Below, one piece after another: positions 22,611 through 35,004 of a stretch of DNA of 64,000 bases. The stretch spans positions 92,320,001 through 92,384,000 of the forward strand of contig OZ076409.1 of NCBI GenBank assembly GCA_964187785.1, in the 5' to 3' direction. Below the pieces are notes generated by a model. That model was not told the origin of the DNA and ran no database searches. It saw nothing but the letters and a program-made list of their open reading frames with translations. The stretch is from Amphiscolops sp. MND2022 (Eukaryota). Numbering within the stretch: position 1 is the first letter of the stretch; the number at the start of each line of letters is the position of its first letter. The position numbers and the translations under genes were made by a program.

Positions 22611-25600
22611 TGTTGTATTCTAGCTCATTGATATCAAAGAGATGCTTTCATATAAACTCAACTGTATTCTAGCTTATTACCAATTCTCTATGATGGGGTA
22701 TCATCTGCACTAAAGTGGCAGGTACTTAATAAAAGAGCATCATAGGTTGGTATGTAATAAGTACAAATGATAGACAATACGGTAGACTAATTATATAAAT
22801 TGTCTGTATTCTCTTCATTCCCCCTCTCACAATTGGCTATTGTTCGGCCAATGGGGTGCTGTTCTTCTACTGTATGGCGGTAATTCCTCCAATGGTCCAG
22901 TTGTTTATGGACGGATAACCGATCCTCGCTTTTGGCTTTTGTGGTTGTCACGGTGATTGTTGGCCCGTGATGTCAATCTGTTATCCGTTGTTCGGTTTAG
23001 TTGGGGCTGTTCGTCTCCATTTCCATTTGGTTCGGTACTTCCGAGTTTAGCCTTTCGACGTTGTTTCCTGTAATCATGACATATTGGATTATTATATCTA
23101 ATAATGGGGTTCGTTTTTGTTAGCCTTTTTGATCTGCGTATTGTTTTTTCGTCGTGTTCAATATCTGCTTCTAATTCGGTGCTAGAACTCAGATTGCTGG
23201 CCAAGTCTAATTCTGAATTTTCAAAGTTGTTCTTTTCCCCCGTTTTAGGGAAGGAAGTAAGATTTTCAAACACCTTACCGTTATCATCCCTGATAAAAAG
23301 CTCATCGTTCGCTTGTCTAGCGTCCTCAATAGCACGGTCGATCTCCGTGTCTGTCATGTTGGCGGCGGTAATGGTGAGTGGACCGGTATTGCTCGTTCTT
23401 CCCGGTGGGGATTGGTGGGGGCTTGAGTTCTGCCGGTCTCTTGTCAGCTTCAATGGTCTGCCTCGTCCGTATGTGCTCCTTTTTACCGTCGCGTTGTCTG
23501 ACTGGTCCAGAGCGATAGGGCTGTTGTTCTCTACTGGTGAGGTCTCGGGCTCGATGTCTGACTCGATCACGAATGCCCTCTTCTGTTTTGATGGTGATCT
23601 TGTAAACTGGCCGTCCGGTCCCCTCGGTCCAGTTCCTCTGTTGTTGTTGCAATCCTGAATAAAATCATAGATAGGTTTACTAATACATTTCTTGTGTATT
23701 ACTCTACCGTTGGGCGTTGTTACGGTGTGGTTTGTTTCCGAAATAGCTATAATCGGTTTGTTACTATAAGCGCTTTCGAATTTAGATTTTTGGTGTTTTT
23801 TTCTAAGAAAAGGAAAGGTTGGTTACTAACTCTTTATCGTTTTTTCTTGTCTTCGTCGGTAGCTGGTCAGACACACCGCCAACTCCGCTGAATGAGTATA
23901 CCTGTAAGGTACCGGGTTTCGCTAAAATAGAATCTTTTGTTAGGTTTTTTGAGTTATCCGAGTTTAGTAAGTTAGTTATTTCCGTATTTGGTTTTCGGCC
24001 GTAATGTAGTTCGAATGCTGATTTCTTCAATTTCGTGTGGGGTGTTTTTCTCATGACGTCTAACGACAGGTCTAAGGCCTTTCCAAGCCGTTCGCCTGCC
24101 TTAATATTCGGTAAAAGGTTTTCTTTTAGTGTTCTGACTCCCCGTTCTACTAAGCCTGTGAGAGTATGGATATACGGTGTTCCGTATATCAATTTGATGC
24201 AATGTTTTTTGCAGAAATCTCGAAAAAGACGACCCGTGAACGCGGTTGCTTTATCTGTTCTAATTGTCTTCGGTATACCGTTCAGCAGGATATATCGTTC
24301 GAGAAATTCTACCGCCGTTTCTCCGTCAGTGTATTTGCAGAAATTGGCTGCCGGCCATTTGCTATACCGGTCAATGGACAGTGAGATATAGAATCGGCGA
24401 TGGTTATCTGTGATACCCCTCTTTACTCCGACGTAACGTGCCCAATTTATCGCCGGTACTTCTAGGACCGATGGGTCTTGGTCCGTCCGTTAGTCTATTT
24501 CACCTTCTTCCATCGGAGTCGGTGCTGAAGATGGGTCAGGTCTGTCTGACTGGTGTTGTTGGACTGGGGTTGGTCGGTCCATTTCCCAGAATGGATGTAC
24601 TGTTCATTGTTCGGAGTGGCCGGTCTGTGGTTGGTAGCCTCCTTTGTTCTGTGGACCGATTTTCTGTCTGAGGTCTTCTTGAGGCCAGTTGTTGATAAGT
24701 AATTGCAGCCGTTCTTCAATCACTTTTCTCTCGTTGCGAAGGAATTTGGGCTCGTGGTAACGTTTCCATCTTCCCCCGGTCATGCGGTAAATCCCGGATT
24801 TGACGATTTCTTTCCATCGGGTGGTTAACTCGGTTATTTCGGCGGAATTATATTTTGTTTCGATATTTTCTATCCTTTTGACATTCATTGATAATTTGCT
24901 ATGCTGAATGTTGTTCACGTTGTTTGAACTTGAGCGTGTGTATGTATCACTGTAAAGGCAATCAAGTGCGGTTTGCTGACGCGCGTCGTTTGTCCGTGGC
25001 TTATTGTTTGCTTTGCGGTCACTTTGCTCGGTAGCGTTTTCTGATTGGTTCAAATGGTTGCTAAGGCAACCGTATTTGGAGATGAAGCTGTAGTGTGGTA
25101 GAATGTTGTTGATTACGTATTCTTCATCGTATGTATCGTCCGCTTGTGGTGGTAATACCGGATTTCTGCTTAGATAATCCGTAAGTGCTAAGTGTTTGCC
25201 AGCTATGTAGTTTACGTTGATTGTGAAATGAGCTAACCGGTCCAACCACCGTATTAAGCGTGCTCTATAGGTTTTCTTAGAACGATTTCGTTTAATTAGT
25301 GGCTCTAATGCTTGATGATCCGTCAAGAGTTTAATTGACTTACCGTAAATATATAGACGGAAATGTTCTAAACCCCACACTACTGCCAATAATTCCAGTT
25401 CGTTTATCGCATATTTTTTTTTCTGTATCCGATAAAAAACGACTCGCAAAACCGATAGGTTTTAAACTTCCGTTCGGTTGTTCTTGCCAAAAAGTTGCCC
25501 CTAGGCTTTTGGTGCTTGCGTCGGTTGTTATTACGTTTGGATAATCAGAATTATAGTGTGCCCGACACGGTATTTCCGTGATTTTTTGTTTCAAGTTTTC

Positions 25601-28215
25601 AAAAGGCTAGTGTGTGTTCTTCAGTCCAGATCCAATTGTTGTTCTTTTTCAATAGTTGTCTGAAACTGTCTGGTTGGGCGGAAAGGTTGTCAATGTATTT
25701 TGACAAATACTGAATGGCTCCCAAGAATGGACCGATTTTAATTCTTTCTCGTTGTTTGGTTGTTTTAGTTCTTTTATCGCCAATAGCTTGTCTTGTAATG
25801 ATCCGATTCCGACCCTGATCAATTCGGTGACCGATCCATTCAATCTCCGTTTTGAAAAATTCGGATTTTGTTTCGCTCAATCTATATCCGGCGTTTTCAA
25901 GTTTTGTTAGGACGTCGATCAGTTCTCTCATATGTTCTTCTTTGGAACCCTTTGTTACCACAATGATGTCGTCTAACCATGCTGGATGTTTGTTCTCCAG
26001 TGTCTGGTCACTTTTTTCCCGGAAGATGGTCGGTATATCCGCTAACCCGTAAAACCCCTTGAGGAAACGGTAGTAACCGGTGAAATTTCCTCCGGTCACG
26101 GCGAATATGCACAGGTTTCTGGCTGCTCTCGAGAGTATTAGCTGACCGTATGCGTAGTCTAAATCGAATTTGAAAATCCATATTTCGTCCGCTGGGCCGT
26201 CTGCTATTTTTCTCGAAATTCTTGAGATTAATTCCTCCTTGTTCGGCATTTGCGCTTTTCGTTTCACGGTTATTTCGTTGAGTTTTCTTGAGTCTAATGC
26301 AATTTTTACGGACATATCTTTCTTTACCGTAATAACTGCTGGGCTCACAAAGCAATTCTCGTCGATGTTATTGGCCTTTTCAATATGGCCTCGTTTTATT
26401 AGCTTTTCTATTTCTTTTTCCACCGATTGTTGTAAATGTATCGGTATGGGTCTTCCTTCCTGCTGTATCAGTTTCGCGTCTTCTTTCAGTTGTATTTTCA
26501 CTTCTAGCCCGTTTACTATATGGTTTTCGTTGAACAGTATTTTGAATTTCGTTTTCAATTTCGTTACATCCGGGTCTTCTTTTATTTGGTGTATTTGTGG
26601 TGTGGAGCGGCTTTACCGGTTTCTAGTGTTATCCCCAGTTTTTCCATCCAATCCAGTCCCAGTAGGGGATTTGTTTTTTCGTTGTATTTAAGAGTTCTAG
26701 TTCTTAACGGGTTCCGTTGATTTCTACTTTCGCGGTTGTTTTCCCTTCGAATCGTATCCGGTTGTCATTTACGTCCCTGTATTCCGTTTCCAGAGGGCGT
26801 AACAATGTTATTTTGTTGAATTGTGATTTTGATATCAGCGTTACTGGGGAACCGCTATTTATGATGAGTTTGATTGGTCGGTTGTTGACCAATGCGGTAA
26901 CTGTGAAGAATTCCGGTCCATTGTTATTCGTTGGCCGGGTTGAATGTATCTTTTGTTTCACTGAATGGATTGTGTTTGGTGTCCAGTCATCTTCAACGGC
27001 ACTGCTTGTTTCGCCTTCCATTAAGTGGTTCACTTTTCTATTTGAGCGGCAGCATTTGGCAAAATGGGCAAATTTACCACACTTTGCGCATTTCTTTCCT
27101 CGGCGGGACATTCGTGTTGACGTGACCAGTTCGGTGCTCCGCAACAGTTACAGTCATATTTCTTGAATTTTGCCGGTTTTCTAGTTGTTCCTTTGTAGCT
27201 TTCGTTTTTCGTTTATTTACGTACCGGATATTTTTTCTTCTTCTGTTTCAGACGAGTCGTTCAATTTTTCATACATGTATTCATGTATTGCGTCAGTTAT
27301 GGCTTCCACAGACATGTCATTTTTTCTGATCATCTTTTTTTTAAATCATAATCACCGGTTGATTTACCGATACGTGACAAAAATTTTGATGCTAAGAGTT
27401 CTGCTGCGGTAATTGTTTCGAACTCGCAGTTCGTTTCTACATCCAGTATCCGTTTCCATACATCTGCTGCGGTTTCACCGTCTTCCCGTTTCAAGTCACA
27501 GAAATCGGCTCTGCTGTGGTGTACGTTTCTTTCTGGTTTGAAATGTAGTCTGAAAAGTGTGTAGAGTTTGTATAGTGGTAGTGATCTCGGTTCTCTTTCC
27601 CTGACCGTCTTTGTCATTTCCGTGATAGCATTTTGTCTGATTGCACAGATAAAAATGTCTTTTATATCTGTTTCGAGTTGATCACGGTTTTGTGGTAAAA
27701 TCTCTTTACTGTTTGTCAAAATTGACATATCTACTTCCTTCGTCATCTTTATGTATTGGACGATTTTTCTCCACCACATGCTTGCATTGGCTTGATCTTG
27801 CTTTTCTAGCGTGGGAATGGTGATCTTTTGGGTGCAGGTCCGGTCAACCGTCCTGTTCATTTTCTCGTTCGGTAGTTTTTGTCCACCTTGCTGCGTTCCC
27901 GTTGACATCTCTGTGCTTTCTCCGTCTCTCGTATTTTCTTCCATAATGAATGGTGTCTGTTGTTTTGGGTGGTTCGTGTATAGCTTTGAGGCTATTCTGA
28001 CTGCGCCATGTTGTATTCTAGCTCATTGATATCAAAGAGATGCTTTCACATAAACTCAACTGTATTCTAGTTTATTAGCAATTCTCTATGATGGGGTATC
28101 ATCTGCACTAAAGTGGCAGGTATTTAATAAAAGAGCATCATAGGTTGGTATGTAATAAGGACAAATGATAGACAATACGGTAGACTAATTATATAAATTG
28201 TCTGTATTCTCTTCA
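22611..28215 (-). mobile_element. Ty3/Gypsy (Mag-like) LTR retrotransposon, copy A, internally deleted
   Basis: 207-bp LTRs 22611-22817 and 28009-28215 (5 mismatches by eye); TSD GGGCC; PBS TGGCGCAGT; PPT GAGAGGGGGAA; gag, PR, RT, RH and IN fragments. Confidence 0.95.
22905..27944 (-). pseudogene. gag-pol of Mag-like copy A
   Basis: CAKCGKFAHFAKCC knuckle; IINSGS (protease Asp mutated); WLDD; TDAS...ELELLA...TDHQAL; IDRYSKWP...VERGV; many frameshifts. Confidence 0.9.
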
Positions 28216-28919
28216 GGGCCAATGTTAACAACGTTTCAACGTGAAAAACAGTTTAATATAGGAAAGAATCGCAATCATGACTAGTTGTAAAGAAAATTAT
28301 ACGTCTTTCTATGTTTTTAAAATGAGTCGCAATTGTGACTAAGTGTAAACGGAAATAATACGGATTTAACAATTAGTTAGATTTCGGAAAATAAACTTAA
28401 TTGAGGTGTTGCCTAAAATTAATTAAATGTGTTGAAATGTGTTGAGTTTTTGTGTTGATTTTTCTGTGTTGAGTTTTCTATGTTGAATTTTCTGTTTTTT
28501 AATTTGTGTTGAGTTTTCTGTGTTGAGTTTTTTTGTGTTGAGTTTTCATGTGATGAGTTTTCCGTACACCGATTTTACTGCCGGTTTGGGAAGGGCAGTT
28601 CAATCGTGTTATGAGAAAATTCAACTAATCTTTCAGCTGCCCTATTGGTTAATTCATTGAGATAACGGATGAAAAGTTGATGGTACTGAATTTTCATACA
28701 CACATGGAATTACACACTAAGATTGATATCCCTTAAATTTCGAAAAGATGATTTTGAACAACTTGGTTCAATTGTTTCCTTTAATGAAAACCATTGAGGC
28801 AGACAATTTATAGCTAAATAGAGCTAAATTTCGCCTATGATTGTTTTTTTTCGTTGCGTTTTATTAACGAATTGTTTTTATTACAAGGACCAATGTTGCA
28901 ATTGAGTTTTGATAAACAG

Positions 28920-30995
28920 CCCAGTGACACGAATCTTGGTAGCCTTGCCAAGATCTTGGAAAAACATGGAAACGCATGGTAGGCTTACCAAGACGCATGG
29001 AAAAACATGATGCATGCTACGCTTGGTAAGATCTTGGCAAGATCTTGGCAAGATCTTGACAAGCGTTCCATGTGGAAATGCTTGCCAAGATCATGGCAAG
29101 ATCTTATCCAGATCTTGGCAAGCAAATGATATGAAGATCTCTTCTTCAGAAAAACTGAAAAAAACTTGTTTAACCCAATCTAATTGTCATTACATTTAGA
29201 AGAATTATGTTGCGCATATCAAATATGATGGCAACATCTTAACAAGGCTAGAAGAACTAATTCTAAGTCAAAAAACGCAGTTTACGATCTACTCTAGGTA
29301 TCGTTACACCTTGAACCAAAGTCAATATGAATTAAGGATGTACCTAGAACGTTCCTAGAAACGAATCAGAGAGGGGAAGCTATAATTATCGCAAAGTTAT
29401 TGGAACATTCAAGCTTTTTCCAGATCAACACTACTCTTTTCGAGTATCGCCATTTTTTTATGTAGTTCTTCACAATTCATGTTTTCGAATGTTTCCAGGG
29501 ACACGAAACAACTTATGCAGCCTCGTCGCCTGTGGTGATTGGACTTCTCGGATCTCAGCGTCTTTCAGCAGTACTCATTATTTGTTGGATGGTAAGTTTC
29601 TCTCCTGTTTTTGAAGATGTTTTTTTTTGTAAATTGTGTTCCTGCCCAATGGAACCCGTAGGCCTGGCAGTGCTAAAAATGAGTCTTTGAAACCTTTGAC
29701 TGGTTTGACTTTTTCTCGTTTGCAATTTTTTCATTGTTCTCTTTTGCTTTCTTCTCATTGCGAATGATTTGCTTCTCCACTTTGTAGAAATTTTGGAAAA
29801 TGTGTTCCCAACTTGAGAAAAACGTGCTTCGCAACGCTAGAGCGGAACATTCAAGCTTTTTCCAGATCAACACTACTCTTTTCGAGTATCGCCATTTTTT
29901 TATGTAGTTCTTCACAATTCATGTTTTCGAATGTTTCCAGGGACACGAAACAACTTATGCAGCCTCGTCGCCTGTGGTGATTGGACTTCTCGGATCTCAG
30001 CGTCTTTCAGCAGTACTCATTATTTGTTGGATGGTAAGTTTCTCTCTTGTTTTTTTTGTAAATTTTTGTAAGACGTTTTTTTGTAAATTGCGTTCCTGCC
30101 CAATGGAACCCGTAGGCCTGGCAGAGTCTTTGAAACCTTTGACTAGTTCGATTTTTTTCGTTTGCAAGTTTTTCATTGTTCTCTTTTGCTTTCTTTTCAT
30201 TTCGAATGATTTGCTTCTCCACTTCGTAGAAAATTTGGAAAATGTGTTCCTAACTTGAGAAAAATGTACTTCGCAACGCTAGAGCGGAACATTCAAGCTT
30301 TTTCCAGATCAACAACTACTCTTTTCGAGTATCGCATTTTTTTATGTAGTTCTTCACAATTCATGTTTTGAAATGTTTCCAGGTACATGCGACAACTTCA
30401 GCATCGTCCCCTGTAGTGCTTGAACTGCTCAGATCTCGAAGACTGCCATCAGAACTCATTCTTTGTTTAATGGATAATATATCTCCAGCTTTCGAAGTTT
30501 TGCAAATTGTGTTGCTGTCCGTGGAAGAAACAAACTCCATTTGTCAAACTTTCGCATGATTTTCCAATTTTCTTTGGTGCTGCAACTACAATACTTACTG
30601 TTATAATATTTGAAAATCGAAACAATTAAATTTTGGTTATTCCAGTTTTCGAAAATATTCAATATAAAATCTCAAATGGCTCAAAAACACACGTAGAACG
30701 TATTAAGCTTTGCAAGTTACAACGAAAATCTTGGAATGCTTTGCAAAATGCATGAAAAAATCCTGGTTGGATTGGCAAGATGGATAGAAAAATCTTGGTA
30801 TGCTTGGCAAGACACATGGAAAAGCTTGGTAAGATACATGGAAAATCTTGGTACGCTTGGTAAGACGCATGGTCAGCCTTGCCATGATCTTGCATGATCA
30901 TGGTAGCCTTGGTAAGATCTTGGCAAGATCTTGCCAAGATCTTGGCAAGCATACCCATGCATCTTGGCAAGCGTGCCAAGATTCGTGTCACTGGG
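28920..30995. mobile_element. Non-autonomous CMC/EnSpm-like DNA transposon
   Basis: Perfect TIR CCCAGTGACACGAATCTTGG; 2-bp TSD AG; subterminal arrays of palindromic CCAAGATCTTGG. Confidence 0.8.
29402..30430. repeat. Tandem repeat, 442-bp period, ~2.3 copies
   Basis: GGAACATTCAAGCTTTTTCCAGATCAAC starts at 29402, 29844 and 30286. Confidence 0.9.
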
Positions 30996-32470
30996 AGTGC
31001 TCTCTAGAAAAAAAACATTTTAAAGTATTTCTCTTTAATTATTCTACATGAGCAAAAAGTTGCAAGAAACTCTGGGTTGCAAGGATCATGTAGGATATCG
31101 AAAGATTCTTGCGAGATTCTTGCTATTTCCTTAGATTCCCTGGTAGAACGTTTCAAGATCCTTGATTATCATGCATTCCTTGCAAAGATTTGGCATGGCA
31201 TTAATTTCTTTGGGAAATCTTACAAAGATTGCCTTTCTTTGCGAGACTCTTGCAAGGATTGGGTTTTATTGTGAGATTCTCTCAGGGAATATAATTGTTT
31301 TGAATATAGCGATTGCATTCCTCTCAACCAGGATTTTACTAAATTAAAAATTTACCTTTTTGTGTAGCAACGTAGAGTTCCAAGTTCCATACAACCAAAA
31401 TCAAAAGTGATTTATTCAGCCAGGAAATTTTCATTGTGTTTCAATTTATCGAGTGCAGAAATATTCAACTTTTTTCGACAAAATTTATTGTCAATTGTGA
31501 CGAATTCCAAGAAGGATTCCCTTAAATACTCCAAATATTTTGGACGCAAATATGGTCTCTTTAAGAAAAGTTCCCAATATGGCAGACTTCAGGATGAAAG
31601 AAACTTGAAGGGAGGATGAAATAAGTGACATTTTTGAAGTTCCGAGAAATCAAACTGTTAAATTCTTAGAATTTACTGACAAGTGCAAAGAAGAACAACC
31701 CAAAGTGTCAATTAAAAATGACCAAAAGATGGCAGCTGAAACATGTGGCATTTCAAGTGGATGGTCACATTTCAGTGCTCATTCAGCTTTTAGTGCTGAA
31801 ACTCCAATGTAGAAATTTGAGTTTTCTCATTCCAGGAATAACATTGATTTTCACAGCATCAAAAATTTGGCCACCGACAATTTTAATTTCGGGGGCTCAC
31901 AAAAACTGAAGACTTTGGACCAGTGAGACGATCAACTCCAAGCAATAATGGGTCTTTTTAACATTTGTTGTGACGACAAGCAAGGATAGCTTTGTAGATA
32001 CACGAGAGGGAGAAACTAGTACGAAAACGTATTGTCCCGTGCGGACCGTTTTGACATACCAGTCCATCTTGCCTCCGTAGGACGCCTTTCACCAGGAGGA
32101 AGAGCCGTCTTGAAGGATGCTCTATGACGCTAATCCAGTCTTTCATTGCTATAATATACAGGCATCTTGCTTCTCTCAGGACCACCGCAGAAAAAACTCA
32201 TAAAAACGGGTTCAGGTCTGCCGAATTAAAAATTGACTCCAAAGACAGGGAAATCCATAAAAACCATGAAAAGGAAAGCACTCAAAGAGCAATTTTGCAG
32301 CTATCGAGCATGTAATCTGAATACACATTTAGCGCAACATAATTATGATAATACAGTCCGAGTGGGCTCAGTCGGTCATTCGTCTAGCTCATGAGCTAAA
32401 TAACGAGAGGGATACCGTCGATAGGTTTATGCAGACGACATATTCCTGGGTTTCGTTACCGTATATAGCA

Positions 32471-33005
32471 AACAAGCCGAGAACGGCCAAAGTCGGCGAT
32501 ATATCTAAGGCTCAAAATTGTAAAAGGGGGGACCCTTCAGGCTTTGTGAAACTCCAGCTGGTTGCAAAATATAAAAAAACTTGAAGGGGAGCCCTTTGGA
32601 GACTTGAAAAAATTTACAAAAAAAATTTAAACATGAGATATTTGAACAGTGTCACAGTGCCGAAAAATGTGAAAGGGGGACCCTTTGGGATTTTTTGACA
32701 TCCATTGTGTTGCAAAATGTCGAACCAAATGAAGGGGGGACCCTTTGGTTCAATCCGAAATGTTTCAAAAAAAGTCGCACAGTGCTGAAAAGAAGTAGTT
32801 CTATGGGGGATCCTTGGTGTGATTTCGAGGTTCTGGACGTCTGTTTTGTTTCTTCTTTTAGTTTTGGACGCGCTTTTGAGATTCGAGTTGTTGAGGTTTG
32901 ACGTTGTTGAACAAATGAACAAAAAAGTGGACCTTACGAGTCTAAAAAAAAACTACCCACTGTAAGAGTCGGGCACATTTTCTACTAAAATGCGCCGACT
33001 AAAAA
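32471..33005. mobile_element. HINE-like element
   Basis: Same termini and internal GTGCCGAAAAATGT...GGGGGACCC repeats as the 17939 copy; absent from the paralogous segment near 34205. Confidence 0.7.
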
Positions 33006-35004
33006 CACATATATTGCGATGTTACACCGAGGCAATTGCGATTGGCACGTTTGTTTGCTGTTCTTCGCTTTCTTTTCACTTGCTGTCTCGCGGGGTGACT
33101 TCCTCCTGTTCGCTCTCGTTCGGCTCGCAGGCACTTTGACAAAACATGCTCGGTTGTAACTTCGATGCACCCATGGTCGTCGTTACATCTCTTTTCCCGC
33201 GTTGTTGGCCCAGTGCATCACATCTTGTAGCAAGGACTCCACCTTGTTCTTTCGTTTTTTGTTCTTTTTATTTTTTTTACTTTTGGCAACCTACAAAGTT
33301 CAGCATTTTCACGAAAAGACGTTTTAGGTCCAGCTCGAGAGCCAGCATCTTCTTTCCATGGAACACCATTCTTCAGACAATCGAAGTCGTCAAGTTAAAC
33401 TCTTTTTGCGGCTATTGACCAATGGAATCGGTTTTTACCCTTTTCCAATTTTTCAATCGGTGATACTTGTTTTCTTCGGGGAGCTTCCAGGCTCCGCTAC
33501 ACGAACAACAGTCGATAGATCTCACTACACGGTACTTGATTAAAGTTTCCTATACCGCTCAGCTCAGTTATTTACGGAACGCCGCTAGCAGTGCAAGGAA
33601 AAACGATGGAACTTTTGGTCATTCGTGATTATCTTGCTTTTTCTTTTCATCGAGCGGGGCAGGTGCACTATTTACCTTACACCCACGGCAATCCAAATCA
33701 AGCACAATTGTCACCAATATAACTGAAAGCAACAAACAAAAACTAGCACTTTTCAGATGCACCAGAGGTTTCAAGGCAAGTAAATTTTCTGTAACGTTTG
33801 TTATCTAATTTTCATGACCTTCAACGTGCCTAAACAATCTTATCAGCTTTGTGCTTGCTCCTTATTGCACAGAGAAGTAACGCCGGGTACGGTAAATGGC
33901 TTCATCAGCGGCTTTACCTTCACTCGGGCTTCCAATGAATGCTCTTCGTCGTTGCGAAGGAACCGGCGTTTCAAGGTTGGTTTTATCAATATCTCTGTCT
34001 TGCACAGGATTAAGAGCAATTCGCTGTGTTAGCTCGTTCGCAGGGTATGTTTCCCCAATCAGTTCAACATAATGATGATAATACAGTCCGAAATAGAAGG
34101 TTCAGTTGGCCGTTCCTCCAGTTCACGAGATGTAAATGCCAATAAAGAAACCGTCGATGCGTTTATGGACACGGCTTATTCCTGAAATTCGATACCGTAC
34201 GTAGCATAAAGCAGTCATATTACAATGTCACACCGTGGTTTGGCTCGTTCGCTTCTCTTGCTGTCTCGCGGGTCGACTTATCACCTTTTTCTTCTCTTTT
34301 GGCCTGCAGACACTTTGACAAAACAAGCGTGGTCTGGCCACGTCATTTTCGAACGAGTTTTTGGTGTTGAAAACTTCGATGCATCCATGGTCGTCATTAC
34401 ATCCCTTTCCCCGTGTTGTTGGCCCCGTGCATGACATCATGTAGCAAGGACTCGGCCTTGTTCTTTCGTTTTTTTTTTTACTTATGGAAACTTATAAACT
34501 TAAGCATTTTTATGACAAGGCGTTTGAGCTCCACCTCGAGAGCCAGCATCTTACTTGCAGGGGAAGCCATTCTTGAGACAATCGAAGTCGTTAAAATCTT
34601 TTTGCAGCTATTGCCCCACGTATTCTCTAGTGTTGAAAATTTCGAAGCCTTATGTCATCTAAGAGCAATATGAAGCCATACAATACAAAATATGGTTTTT
34701 AGCAACTACGAATTTTTTATAGTTTCCCCCATTTTATCTGAGTCTGATTTTGGTTATTATTCTTTCATGAGCAACCTGAATGAATTCTGTAAACTGAACA
34801 GTTGTAAAAATTAAGAAAGTCCAAGCAAAGATCGAATCATAAAAAAAGGATTACATAATTGAACAAAAAACAGCTGAAAAAAAATGAAAACTCAAACACG
34901 ACAACTTGCCATTTGGCGTAATTCATCATCTTGTAGAACACAAATCCAAACTCTGTTGCTTCTGATCATACATTAAATTATTTCTTATTTTCTCATTTCA
35001 AAAA

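Noticed and set aside
23104..27166. Plus-strand ORFs (184, 173 and 149 aa) over the Mag-like element
   Set aside because: Antisense shadows of gag-pol codon bias; the same applies to those over copy B and the minus-strand LINE
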